Origin: Candidatus Thorarchaeota archaeon
GTDB lineage: Archaea > Asgardarchaeota > Thorarchaeia > Thorarchaeales > Thorarchaeaceae
Direction of reading: 5' to 3'
Length of the DNA: 64,000 nucleotides
Assembly: GCA_029855935.1 (NCBI GenBank)
Contig: JAGSHN010000022.1
Coordinates: forward strand, 9,760-73,759
Shown: in pieces, positions 37,037 through 47,381 of the stretch
Numbering within the stretch: the stretch's first letter is position 1
Layout of the letters: every line of letters begins with the position of its first letter
Position numbers and translations under genes: made by a program
The notes under the pieces: model-generated
Database searches by the model: none
Told to the model about the DNA's origin: nothing
What the model saw: only the letters and a program-made list of their open reading frames with translations

Positions 37037-38368
37037 ATGCCATCCGCGTCGACTTACGATGAGCTGGCGGACAGACTGGAAACCAGAAGCGCGACCGTCG
37101 GAGTGATCGGCGTCGGCTACATTGGTCTTCCGACAGCTGCGATACTTGCCAGTGAGGGATACAGGGTCATCGGATTCGACATCGATGAGAAGAAGGTGCG
37201 AGTACTGAACTCGGGTGGTTGCTACATTGATGAGCCCGATCTGCCTTGGATTGTCTCCGGAGTGGTCGACGCCGGTCGACTCGTCGGCACAACCGATTTT
37301 CGTAAGATGGCAGAGTGCGATGTGCTTATGTTCTGCACCCAGACGCCGCTCAAGAGTGATGGTACCCCGAATCTGGACATCTTGTTCTCGGCCGTTGACT
37401 GCGCGCTGGAACACGCTAGACCCGGTATACTGATCATATGCGAGAGCACTGTCCCCCCGGGGACGACGCAGCGCATCGTAGAGAGATTCGTCTCCACCGG
37501 CTCGTTCCAACTCGACAAGAGTCTCTGGGCCGCCCACTGTCCCGAGAGAGTCCTTCCGGGGAAGGTCGTGCAGGAGCTCAGGACCAATGACAGGGTGATA
37601 GGCGGCATCACTCCAGCATCGGCAACTCTTGCCCGGAAGCTGTACGAGTCGTTTCTAGACCCAGACAGAATAATGGAGACCCGCGCCACGGTTTCCGAGT
37701 TTGCAAAGCTGGCGGAGAACACCTATCGTGATGTCAACATAGCACTGGCCAATGAGATGGCGATCGCCGCGGACCTCCTCGGGATTGACATCACCGAGGT
37801 GATAGCTCTGGCCAACCGCCACCCAAGAGTCAACATCCACAGACCTGGAGTGGGCGTTGGCGGCCACTGTCTGCCAAAGGACCCGATTCTACTCTCCACA
37901 GCGGTCACGGAGAGAGGAGGCAGGCTGGATCTGACCCTGAAGGCCCGCGAGATCAACTCCGCGATGCCAAGGTTTGCCGTGTCTCTCCTCGAGCGTGTCG
38001 TTGGCAGTGACGGGTTAAAGGACAGGAGAGTCTTGGTGCTGGGAATCACATTCAAGGAGGATGTCGACGACACGAGAAACTCTCCTTCCAAGGTGCTCAT
38101 CGAGGAGCTGAGAAAGAGAGGAGCCTTCGTCCGCGCTCACGACCCGAAGACAGATGAACGGTTCGGAGCCGACAATGTGACGGACCTGAAGAGCGGCATT
38201 GATTGGGCCGAGGCCATTGTTCTTGCTGTAGCTCATAGTGAGTATCGTATTGCTCTGCCACGGATGGACCTCCAGGGCAAGGTCTTTCTAGATGGTCGCA
38301 ATATCTTCTCACCCAGTGAGATTAGTGCTGGTGTGTACCTAGGAATTGGCCGTCCGGTGAGGCAGTAG
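37037..38368 (+). CDS. wecC: Nucleotide-sugar dehydrogenase (UDP-ManNAc dehydrogenase WecC-like)
   Basis: GVGYIGLP, ESTVPPG, PERVLPG, KLAENTYRDVNIA, GVGGHCLPKDP. Confidence 0.88.
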   Translation: MPSASTYDELADRLETRSATVGVIGVGYIGLPTAAILASEGYRVIGFDIDEKKVRVLNSGGCYIDEPDLPWIVSGVVDAGRLVGTTDFRKMAECDVLMFCTQTPLKSDGTPNLDILFSAVDCALEHARPGILIICESTVPPGTTQRIVERFVSTGSFQLDKSLWAAHCPERVLPGKVVQELRTNDRVIGGITPASATLARKLYESFLDPDRIMETRATVSEFAKLAENTYRDVNIALANEMAIAADLLGIDITEVIALANRHPRVNIHRPGVGVGGHCLPKDPILLSTAVTERGGRLDLTLKAREINSAMPRFAVSLLERVVGSDGLKDRRVLVLGITFKEDVDDTRNSPSKVLIEELRKRGAFVRAHDPKTDERFGADNVTDLKSGIDWAEAIVLAVAHSEYRIALPRMDLQGKVFLDGRNIFSPSEISAGVYLGIGRPVRQ

Positions 38369-38643
38369 CCAGCCAATTGCCACATGGTTTCCATAGGATC
38401 GTTCCCCAAGTATCAGACAGACCATCTCGTAGCCCGAAGACAGATTGGTGAGACGGCCGCTGAGGCCCAGCGGTTGGCCCGAGATTGCTCAGTCTCAGGC
38501 AAGTATCGCAGAGGGGAGGGCACGGTTCAGCTGCTACTCCCAGCGCAGCTCCTCTCAGCAATGATTCTGCCCGCGCAGTGGTTCCTTTGGGTTTCCAGTT
38601 TCCCAATAATCATAAAAGACCAACAGCCAGTTCAACTGGGCGT

Positions 38644-39813
38644 ATGTCAAGACGTGCAGAGCGCCTCATAATTCGACTTTTTCAGTTCATCATTCTCTGC
38701 GCCGACTGGCTATTCCCGAAGGACAGGCGCATCCTGATCTTTGGATCGCACGCGGGAAAATACGTTGGAGGAAACTCAAGGGTTCTCTTCGACTTCATAA
38801 GGTCTCGACGTGACTCGCCTTTCATTTGCTACTTCTTCACACGCACTCGTTCCGTTGACCCACACGTTCTCACCCTTCAACCTCCAAGGCTCAAGACAAT
38901 TATCCTATTCCTTATGGCAAAGACAATACTGGTGACGCACGGCCTATCCGATATGCATTGGCTACGTTTCTCTCGCCGCAAGTACTACATCAAGCTGTGG
39001 CACGGTCGCCCGGGGCTAAAGGGCGATGGCTATTCCATCAGGCGTGTGTCCCCACAAGTTCTTCGTCGTGTTGAGAGAGAGGCGCGCCAGACGACGGCAT
39101 TCCTGGTGTGCTCGAGAATCGAGGCATATATGAGAGCGTTTTCGAATGCCCTGCGCCCACATCAGATACTCCCTCTTGGCTATCCCCGCAATGACATACT
39201 ACTGAGGGGGAAAAGAACTGGACCAAGTAGGCTAAGAAAAATCTTCAGTGGAGTTGATTTTTCCCGCGTGATACTATACGCCCCCACGTGGAGAACATAC
39301 GCCTCAACAAGATTCTTTCCGTGGGATGACTTTGAGAAGGCGAAGCTTCTAGAATGGCTCGCTCAACACAATGCCATCCTGCTCCTACGAGCACACAGGA
39401 ATGACCAGATTCCTGTTGTCGAATCGGAGAGAATAAGAAATCTAAGTTTCGACAGATGCGCGGAGGTCACGGAGATACTGCCAGAGGTAGACGTGTTGGT
39501 CACCGACTACTCTTCAATTGCCGCTGACTTCTTGCTTCTAGATCGTCCTATCATATACGTGCCATACGATATGGAGGAATTCGAAGAGAATGTCGGTGTT
39601 TGTTACGACGACGCCTATTCTTGGATGCCGGGTCAGGTGGCTAGGACGTTCAATGAGTTCCTACTGGCCCTAGAAAAGGCTCTCTCGGATGATGACGGAT
39701 TCGCAGGCGAGCGTCGAAGAGTCAACCGAATTATCAATAGCTACCAATCGCGGAACTCCTCGTACAGAATCTTTCTCTACCTCAAGAAACTGCTGGGACT
39801 GAGTACACAATGA
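38644..39813 (+). CDS. CDP-glycerol/alditol glycerophosphotransferase (TagF/TagB family)
   Basis: LWHG, GYPRND, ILYAPTWR, RAH, LVTDYSS. Start trimmed to ATG 38644. Confidence 0.88.
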   Translation: MSRRAERLIIRLFQFIILCADWLFPKDRRILIFGSHAGKYVGGNSRVLFDFIRSRRDSPFICYFFTRTRSVDPHVLTLQPPRLKTIILFLMAKTILVTHGLSDMHWLRFSRRKYYIKLWHGRPGLKGDGYSIRRVSPQVLRRVEREARQTTAFLVCSRIEAYMRAFSNALRPHQILPLGYPRNDILLRGKRTGPSRLRKIFSGVDFSRVILYAPTWRTYASTRFFPWDDFEKAKLLEWLAQHNAILLLRAHRNDQIPVVESERIRNLSFDRCAEVTEILPEVDVLVTDYSSIAADFLLLDRPIIYVPYDMEEFEENVGVCYDDAYSWMPGQVARTFNEFLLALEKALSDDDGFAGERRRVNRIINSYQSRNSSYRIFLYLKKLLGLSTQ

Positions 39814-40556
39814 TGGACATTGTTATTGTAGCAGGTGGACTGGGAACGAGACTTGCCGGGAAAGAAGGCCGCATCCCTAAGACCCTCCTGCCAGTTGGAG
39901 ACCGTACGATTCTCGACATCATCATAGGCACAATGAATGAGGTATTCGACGGAGGTTTTCATCTGATCATAGCTGCAGGTGTCTTCTTCGAAGACCTGAG
40001 GAGTTACATTCAATCAAGGTGGAAGGATAGGAATGTCGAGGTCGTGAGAGCAAGCAAATGGAAGGAGGGCAACGCCGCCACCGTCTTGGCTGCAGAAGAG
40101 TTGATAGGTGGACCCCAGTTCATAGTGCAGATGTCCGATCACCTATTCGCTCCTGAGACCTACCAGCGCTGTACCGGCAAGATCAACGTGGATATTCCGG
40201 CAGTCTGTGCGCAGCCTGCATCTGATGGTATACCGGCCTATCTTGATTTGGACGATGCTACGAAGATACTTGCTGACAAGGACAACAGGATACGAGCAAT
40301 TGGGAAGGATTTGACAGACTGGAATGCCATTGACATGGGAATCTTTCGTTTCCCGACTGACATCTTCGAAACAATCCGGTCCCTTCCCTACGGTAAGAAG
40401 AGTCTCAGCGAGTGTGTCAGAGCAAGGATTGCGTCTACTGGCTTCTTCGTTAGCCTACAGCCGGGTGCAATTTGGAAAGACATCGACTCGGAGGCCGACC
40501 TACAGTGGGCTACTAGAATGGCAGAAGACGGGCTGTGGGGCACCGAGAACAGCTAG
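39810..40556 (+). CDS. Nucleotidyltransferase, IPCT/LicC-like cytidylyltransferase
   Basis: AGGLGTR...PK, GN, MSDHLF, DDATK, IGK...DMGIF, WKDID; ATGA overlap with the TagF-like gene. Confidence 0.8.
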   Translation: MMDIVIVAGGLGTRLAGKEGRIPKTLLPVGDRTILDIIIGTMNEVFDGGFHLIIAAGVFFEDLRSYIQSRWKDRNVEVVRASKWKEGNAATVLAAEELIGGPQFIVQMSDHLFAPETYQRCTGKINVDIPAVCAQPASDGIPAYLDLDDATKILADKDNRIRAIGKDLTDWNAIDMGIFRFPTDIFETIRSLPYGKKSLSECVRARIASTGFFVSLQPGAIWKDIDSEADLQWATRMAEDGLWGTENS

Positions 40557-40678
40557 GGAATACATCATATCTCCGAGATTTTCCGAGACACAAGGGAGGT
40601 TCTTGGTCTAGACAGACAGAGCCGCGAGGGGCCTAGTTTGATGTTCGCGTTCCAGAGCACTTTGATTCGACTTTCGGT

Positions 40679-41815
40679 TCAAACCATAGAGAAACGCGGG
40701 ATTGAAATATCGTCACTGGCCAAGATCTTGGCGATACGTCTTGAGGCCTGCCCATCACCATAGACCGAAGGGTCATTTGACAACTCCTTTCCCCACATCA
40801 TACTACACTTTGCAACAATATCTGAGGCATCAGCTCGGGAAAGAACGTTCGCACCGGCTCGGAGGGTCTCCACCCACTCCGTGTTGTCGCGAACAGTAAC
40901 GCACGGCGTATTCAGTAGGTAGGCTTCTTTCTGAAGGCCCCCTGAATCAGTCACCAGCAACTGCGCACGGCTCACGAGAGCCATCATATGGGTATACGGA
41001 AAGGGTCGTACTACCAGCACATTATCGCCTAGCCGGAGACCCGTTTCGGTTAGCTTCTTTCTCGTTCTGGGATGCACAGGAAACACGATCTTGAACTCCA
41101 GCCTACTGAGTCCGGAGAGAATCGAGCGAAATCGCCAAGGATCATCCACATTCTCGCGTCTATGAAGGGTGAGGACCGCAAACTCATCCACATCTAGCCT
41201 CGCAGCCCGCCGCATCGACTCGTAGAACTCGTCACTCGAAAAAACTTCTAGTTTGTCTTTCAAGACGTCGTACATAGTGTCACCCACGTGGTAGACATCG
41301 CCCCTAACATTTTCACGCCGGAGATTGTTGACAGCAGTAGTTGTCGGTGCAAACAATGCACTAGAGCCGTGGTCTATCAGTCGCCTATTGATTTCTTCTT
41401 GCATATACATGTCATAGCTTCGTAGTCCTGACTCGAGATGAGCAGTCGGAATGTCCATCTTGAAACCAGTCAGTGCCGCCGCCAGTGCCGAGTTAGTGTC
41501 CCCGGGCACCAACATACAGTCGGGACGGGTCTCTTCGAGCACCGGCACCAGCCGTTCAATAATTCTCGATGTTTGAACAGGGCTACTGAAGCTCCCCACG
41601 CCAAGATTGAAGTCCGGAGAGGGAATACTCAACTCTTCTATGAACTGGGTGGCCATCTCATAGTCGTAGTGCTGCCCAGTATGAATGAAAACAACATCGA
41701 TGTCATTCTCAGTGGTCGCTTGGAGGACTGGTGCGGTCTTGACTATCTGGGGACGGGTACCGGTGACAACAGCTACTCTCATTTCTTGGTCGGCCCCACA
41801 CGTAGGCTCAGCCAT
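40679..41815 (-). CDS. wecB: UDP-N-acetylglucosamine 2-epimerase (non-hydrolysing)
   Basis: GTRPQ, HTGQHYD, GDTNS, HLESGLRS, EEINR, TDSGGLQKEA. Alternative start 41782. Confidence 0.92.
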   Translation of the reverse strand: MAEPTCGADQEMRVAVVTGTRPQIVKTAPVLQATTENDIDVVFIHTGQHYDYEMATQFIEELSIPSPDFNLGVGSFSSPVQTSRIIERLVPVLEETRPDCMLVPGDTNSALAAALTGFKMDIPTAHLESGLRSYDMYMQEEINRRLIDHGSSALFAPTTTAVNNLRRENVRGDVYHVGDTMYDVLKDKLEVFSSDEFYESMRRAARLDVDEFAVLTLHRRENVDDPWRFRSILSGLSRLEFKIVFPVHPRTRKKLTETGLRLGDNVLVVRPFPYTHMMALVSRAQLLVTDSGGLQKEAYLLNTPCVTVRDNTEWVETLRAGANVLSRADASDIVAKCSMMWGKELSNDPSVYGDGQASRRIAKILASDDISIPRFSMV

Positions 41816-41906
41816 AAGTAAGTGTCGCTACACTTGAAACCAGAAAGCGGCGTGGTGCCCAGCGACAACAACGATTATAGGGTCACACCCTACTGGGTCG
41901 AATGCG

Positions 41907-42980
41907 ATGCCTCCGCTCTCCAAATGGTTCATGAAGCAGTATTGGCGGCTCACCACAATACGAGCATTGTTTGGCGTATTATTGGGAATGCTAGTCTTGG
42001 GGCGATACTACTATGGTTTCGTTCCCTTCCTGAGAGACCTCGATCCGTCCATTGCGGGGGCGGTCATTCTCGCGGGGATTCTCCTTGTTGGCTTTCTCTT
42101 CTTTGGGTGGCTCTACGACGATGTGCTCCGGCTCTGGAACGAAAAGTCGCAAGTGGCAATAGAGAAGGATCCCTACTCATATGTTCCCCTTCTACGAGTA
42201 AAGATGCTGGACTACCCCTACTTCTATTCTTGGCTGTACCTGCTAAAGAATCTGGCAGAGGAGGTTGAGGTCTCTACGCAATGGCTCTCAGACCTAGCCG
42301 CATACCTACACGAATACTACAGCCGAAGGCCCGACAAAAGAACGGACCTGTTTGGTTCGCTGCCAAAGGGTGAGGCATTCCTATTGCGACACCCTTTTGC
42401 CGGAGAAGGGTCTGACAAGTCACCACGGCGGAATCTCGCCTCACGCGCAAAGAAAATGTTTATGCTACAAGTGTGGCGACTCAGTTGGGTTCAGAACTTT
42501 ACGGGCGTGGTTCAAGATAGCCTAGTGTTTGCTGCTCTCTACGTAGGAATCCTATTTGGATTGAACACTGGAGAGGGTACAGTTCCTGTAGGCTTGATGC
42601 TAGTAGGTATCATTCTCATCGCGGTTCCCTTCGTGGCGATACAAATCGCCGCAGGATGGTACTATGACAAGAAGCTGCAGCTATGGAGCCCCGACCAAGT
42701 CGTGAAGGTCGAACGGAATCCGTTCACATACATTCCAGAGCCGAGGCTCGTAGGCTTCGCAGCACCGTTTCTGTTTGTAACGCTGTCGACGCTTCGCGAG
42801 CTGTGTGTTGCGTACGGGATTCCCGAGAGCGATATCGAGAGGCTTGCAAACCACATTGATGCCTTCTTTGGACTAGCCGCTGGAGGCGAAAGAGGGATTG
42901 AGAGGGCGTTGCAGCTGCAGAGGGAGTTCGGAGAGGTCTTCACGATTCCCACTACGGTCGATCCCTCAGAGGAGGAATAG
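41907..42980 (+). CDS. Unknown membrane protein with two copies of an about 180-aa domain
   Basis: Internal duplication: KQYWRL...GWLYD...LW...EKDPYSYVP and LQVWRL...GWYYD...LW...ERNPFTYIP. Confidence 0.8.
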   Translation: MPPLSKWFMKQYWRLTTIRALFGVLLGMLVLGRYYYGFVPFLRDLDPSIAGAVILAGILLVGFLFFGWLYDDVLRLWNEKSQVAIEKDPYSYVPLLRVKMLDYPYFYSWLYLLKNLAEEVEVSTQWLSDLAAYLHEYYSRRPDKRTDLFGSLPKGEAFLLRHPFAGEGSDKSPRRNLASRAKKMFMLQVWRLSWVQNFTGVVQDSLVFAALYVGILFGLNTGEGTVPVGLMLVGIILIAVPFVAIQIAAGWYYDKKLQLWSPDQVVKVERNPFTYIPEPRLVGFAAPFLFVTLSTLRELCVAYGIPESDIERLANHIDAFFGLAAGGERGIERALQLQREFGEVFTIPTTVDPSEEE

Positions 42981-42982
42981 AA

Positions 42983-43534
42983 ATGGCAATCAGGAAATGG
43001 ATAATGAAACAATACTGGAGGCTTGTTCAGGTCAGAGGAATTTGGAACCTGTTCTATGGAGTGCTATTGCTGGCCGTCGCCTACTACGCATACGTTCCCG
43101 TGTTCCTGCAGATGGGCGCAGCAGGGCCACTGGTTTTTGCTGCCCTATTGTTGGGAACTTTCCTATTCTTGGGATACCTGTACGACCGCGTCTTCGTGTT
43201 ATGGGGTCCCCAACAAGAGGTAGTCATAGAACGCAATCCCTACCAGTACGTGCCTCATCCCCGGGACAAGATTCTTTGGTTCCCAGTGTACACAGTGTTT
43301 CTCAACACAGCCGAGCTCGTACTCAGCAGATTGGGGAGAGATGCCACACCGATTCGCGAAACACGCGAGTATTTTGCAATTCTACAGACTCTCACCCCGT
43401 ACCGAAAAGAAGACCTTCAAGCAGCGCTCAAGCTCAGAAACGAGTTCATCGCTCGTCATCCCTTCAGTCAGTTAGTTGACGAGGAAGACGTCGACACGGT
43501 GGCCACCGCGGACGGGGAAACTACACATGAATGA
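42983..43534 (+). CDS. Unknown membrane protein, single copy of the same domain
   Basis: KQYWRL...GYLYD...LW...ERNPYQYVP; starts 2 nt after the preceding gene. Confidence 0.8.
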   Translation: MAIRKWIMKQYWRLVQVRGIWNLFYGVLLLAVAYYAYVPVFLQMGAAGPLVFAALLLGTFLFLGYLYDRVFVLWGPQQEVVIERNPYQYVPHPRDKILWFPVYTVFLNTAELVLSRLGRDATPIRETREYFAILQTLTPYRKEDLQAALKLRNEFIARHPFSQLVDEEDVDTVATADGETTHE

Positions 43535-43928
43535 ACCTCTGTGTTCCGCAGCGCGGCCCGAGGCAAAGAACAGGACGGACTCTCATCATATCATATCATC
43601 ATGCTTCTTGGCCTCACTCCTTTGATCCGACATCCTGGAGAAGTGCTGATCAGTCTCCCGAATCTATAGTGTCATCATTCCAATACACTCGCACATCTCT
43701 TCGTCTTCGGAATCCTGATCGCGGCACTGGGTGGGCGTGATGATGGCAGGGTGAGTGTTCTGTGGAGATCGATATCATTCGTCCCTGAGGCGACATGTTG
43801 GAGAGATGTCACTCACGATGATGCCACACAGTCGAGATGCGCACCGAGGAGGAGTGAAAGGACCCGGCCGAGAGTCGAAACTTTGAAATACAAACCGGGC
43901 CGGCAGCTCGGGTAAGCGTGAATAGATA

Positions 43929-44963
43929 ATGAGGGTATTGCACCTCGTACCAACCAGTGTAGTCGATTTCGTGAGGCAAGACATTGAGCACCTGAATAAG
44001 GTAGCAGGCATCAAGGCCACACCTATGCGAATTGGTTGGTCTGGTAGAAGAACAATATTCAACACTCTTCTCTCGCTTGTGAGACTCCTTGTGACTGGAA
44101 TCATCGTACGATTGAAACGGCCAGATGTGGTGCATGCGCACTTTCTCCAATCCACCATTCCCGCACTTGTCTCTGGAGTTCCTACAGTGGTAACAGTCCA
44201 CGAGTCACGTGATATCCCGGCCCTCTTTTGGCGAAGTCTCTTTGTTGCAACTGCGCGTCGCTGCAAGCGTATCTATATCTCCCACCACAACAAGGAGTAC
44301 TGGGAGGGGATATTGGGAGATGGCGAGGTGATCTATCACGCGGTCGACACAGAGATGTACAGTCCTTCCAAACGCAATGATGAACTCAAGAACTCTCTGA
44401 AGATTGAACTGAACTGCAAGTACGTTGCCCTTGCAATGGGTGGTTTTGTTCCCGATAGAGGATTTCACATCATTGTGAAGGGAATCGCCCATCTCAGACG
44501 AACAGGCGTTGATGTGGGCCTTGTCATCAAGGGCTATGGTGCAAACCAAGAATATGCGGCGCATATCAGAGAACTGGCGAGTAGGCTCGACCTGCCTCTG
44601 AAGATAATCGAGAGACATCTCACAGATGAGGAGATAGCAGAACTGTTCGCATCGGTTGATGTGTATGTGCGTGCAACATTCAGCGATGGCTTTGGTATTG
44701 CACCATTGGAGGCCCAATCGTGTGGGACACCTGTTGTAGTCACTGATTGCTGCAGTCTGAAGGAGATATTCGCAGACTCATCATTGCGATTCAAGAAAGG
44801 TGACTATGTGGGTCTTGCCGAACAGGTCAGCAAGATCTTGACAGACACATCAGTTCGCGACGAGCTAGTCAAAGCAGGAATGAAGAATGCACATAGATTC
44901 CTATGGTCTGTGAAGATGAGACGATATGTTGCATACTACAACAGTGTCCTACGCCGCCGATGA
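43929..44963 (+). CDS. GT4 family glycosyltransferase
   Basis: PDVVHAH, TVHE, DGFGIAPLEAQSCGTPVV. Confidence 0.88.
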   Translation: MRVLHLVPTSVVDFVRQDIEHLNKVAGIKATPMRIGWSGRRTIFNTLLSLVRLLVTGIIVRLKRPDVVHAHFLQSTIPALVSGVPTVVTVHESRDIPALFWRSLFVATARRCKRIYISHHNKEYWEGILGDGEVIYHAVDTEMYSPSKRNDELKNSLKIELNCKYVALAMGGFVPDRGFHIIVKGIAHLRRTGVDVGLVIKGYGANQEYAAHIRELASRLDLPLKIIERHLTDEEIAELFASVDVYVRATFSDGFGIAPLEAQSCGTPVVVTDCCSLKEIFADSSLRFKKGDYVGLAEQVSKILTDTSVRDELVKAGMKNAHRFLWSVKMRRYVAYYNSVLRRR

Positions 44964-44991
44964 TGAAGAGGCAGGAAATCTCATCATCTAC

Positions 44992-45009
44992 CAATTGTCA
45001 CAATTGTCA
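44992..45009. repeat. 9-bp tandem direct repeat with palindromic core
   Basis: CAATTGTCA CAATTGTCA. Confidence 0.6.
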
Positions 45010-45236
45010 GTAGGCCAAAGAGGACTCTGGTATCCTCAAGCCCGCTCATATATGACTTGGGATGACACCAAAAGCGTGATTCATTTGAAGTACAGGTCCT
45101 ATTGTGGGGAGAAGATATGCTATCACGGGCTGTTCGACGCCGGATAGTCATATGGTTCTGCCGCCATCAGATACGTGTACGAGAGTCTGGACCAAATTGA
45201 TAAGGGCTAGCCATTCCGCAAGTAGATGAGCCTACT

Positions 45237-47129
45237 ATGTGTGGCATCATTGCGATACTCTTCAAGAACGGGACGCCACCTCAACGATTTGTGGAGAGAC
45301 GGGAGCATATTGTCGATGTGATGTCTCACAGGGGGCCTGATGGACGAGGAGTCTACGAGGCACCAGTGGTGTTTCTTGGCCACAGACGGCTCGCCATAAT
45401 TGATCTGTCCGAACGTGCGAATCAGCCTATGAAGAGCTCCGATGGACAACACCATATTGTCTTCAACGGCGAGATATACAATCATAGAGAGCTTCGTGAA
45501 GAGCTAGAACAGAGAGGTGTCAGATTCAAGACAACATCGGACACCGAAGTCCTGCTGGAGGCACTTGTTTTAGATGGAGAGAGGATTCTTCCCCAACTCA
45601 ACGGGATGTTCGCCTTTGTCATGTGGGATGAGAGTACTGGCAGAATGCTCATTGCTCGCGACAGGTTCGGCATAAAGCCACTGTACTACTATGAAGACGA
45701 GGAGCTGTTGGTCTTTGCATCTGAGATGAAGGCGATATTTCCGCTAGTGAAGGAGTTGCGGCCCAATGATGGCATACTCTATGACTTTCTTCACTACGGC
45801 CGTGTTGACCACGTGGACGAGACTTTCTTCCACTCCATACGCAGATTTCCAGCAGGGTACTATGCGATTGCGTCCGTCTCGGGAATACGCTTTGAGAGAT
45901 GGTATGATCTCCGCGCACAGGTGAGAAGTCTTCGAGGTTCGCCAGAATTTCGCGAGAGAGGAGAGGCGGAGCACGTGGAAGAGGTTCGGAGACGCGTGCT
46001 GAGGGCCATAAGGCTACGCCTCCGTAGCGATGTGCCAGTTGGTTCCTGCCTCAGTGGAGGAATCGACTCCTCGACAATAGTGACGGCCTGCAGTACTCTC
46101 CTTGAAGACGAGAAGTCCGTGTTTCAGACGTACTCGGCCGTATATGGTGATTGGTTTAGACTAGATGAGACAAGGTACATCAAGGCAGTGCTCGGCAAGA
46201 CAGGATTTCACGGAAACTACGTAAGACCCACAGTCGCAGACCTTGAACAGAGGTTCTCTGACTTTATGTATCATCAGGAGGAACCTGTGAGCTCTACGAC
46301 CCCTTTTGCACAGTATATGGTGATGTATCTTGCGCACTCGCATGGTGCAAAGGTCCTGCTAGATGGTCAGGGCGCAGATGAGATTCTTGCGGGATATGAC
46401 TATATGGTGGGATTCTATCTCGCTGAGCTATTGCGTAGGGGCCGCATCCTGAGGTTCATACAAGAAGCCTATGTGCAGTACAGACGAAAGAATCGCGTGG
46501 GCCTTAAGGCTGCTCTCGCATCTTTTCTCCCACGGCGCTTTCGAAAGAGGGCGATGGGGCGTAGACAGCCTCACGTGAGCAGGCAGTTCGCCACAAGATT
46601 CCGCAGCCGGAGAATTGTAGAGCATCTTCTGATGGATCCGCCCGACCTGAATACAGGCCTCCTGAATCACGTATTGTGGAAGCTGCAGCATCTCCTGAGG
46701 TTCGAAGATAGAAATGCCATGGCATTCTCTATCGAGACGAGAGTGCCGTTTCTCGATCACAACGTCGTAGAGTACGTTCTCGCGCTCCCGCCAGAGTACA
46801 AGATAAGGAGAGGCGTCACCAAGTGGGTCTTGCGAGAGGCGTTTGGAGACCTTCTCCCGAGTGCTGTGCTGCAGCGTACAGACAAGATTGGTTTTGCGAC
46901 GCCGGAGGAGCTATGGATGCGCAATTCCGAGGCGAGCGCTCTAAGAGAGCTGAAAGTTGCCCCGCATCCGATGCTGGCAGACTATGTGGATATGAAGTGG
47001 GTCCATCGCATCCTGAATACGGATCTTCGACAGATACCCTCGAAGGCCCTCCAGATGCTGTTTCGTGTGGTGTGTCTGCAATTGTGGCTCGACCTGTTCT
47101 TTCCCGTGGAGAGTGACAGGCCGGAATAG
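45237..47129 (+). CDS. asnB: Asparagine synthase-type glutamine amidotransferase (glycan amidation likely)
   Basis: MCGI, HRGPD, NGEIYN, SDTEV, RDRFGIKPL, LSGGIDSS, GQGADE, RVPFLD. Confidence 0.92.
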   Translation: MCGIIAILFKNGTPPQRFVERREHIVDVMSHRGPDGRGVYEAPVVFLGHRRLAIIDLSERANQPMKSSDGQHHIVFNGEIYNHRELREELEQRGVRFKTTSDTEVLLEALVLDGERILPQLNGMFAFVMWDESTGRMLIARDRFGIKPLYYYEDEELLVFASEMKAIFPLVKELRPNDGILYDFLHYGRVDHVDETFFHSIRRFPAGYYAIASVSGIRFERWYDLRAQVRSLRGSPEFRERGEAEHVEEVRRRVLRAIRLRLRSDVPVGSCLSGGIDSSTIVTACSTLLEDEKSVFQTYSAVYGDWFRLDETRYIKAVLGKTGFHGNYVRPTVADLEQRFSDFMYHQEEPVSSTTPFAQYMVMYLAHSHGAKVLLDGQGADEILAGYDYMVGFYLAELLRRGRILRFIQEAYVQYRRKNRVGLKAALASFLPRRFRKRAMGRRQPHVSRQFATRFRSRRIVEHLLMDPPDLNTGLLNHVLWKLQHLLRFEDRNAMAFSIETRVPFLDHNVVEYVLALPPEYKIRRGVTKWVLREAFGDLLPSAVLQRTDKIGFATPEELWMRNSEASALRELKVAPHPMLADYVDMKWVHRILNTDLRQIPSKALQMLFRVVCLQLWLDLFFPVESDRPE

Positions 47130-47381
47130 AATGACTCAGAGACCAGTACCGGGCATATGATAGGCCAGGCCTGACTGAGAATCCGCTTTCGAAATGTCGA
47201 ACCAGCAATAGCCAAGATGAGAGGCCTATGCAGTCATCATCTCACCGATTCCGAACAGAGTATTGCGTCGTGCCCCTCTCATTCTCAGGGGATTGTTCCA
47301 CGGCCTTGCGCCATGGTCCCTCAGTAAAGCCATTTGGACATATTATGGCAAAGAGAACGACCAGCCCAGTGAGACGAGATC

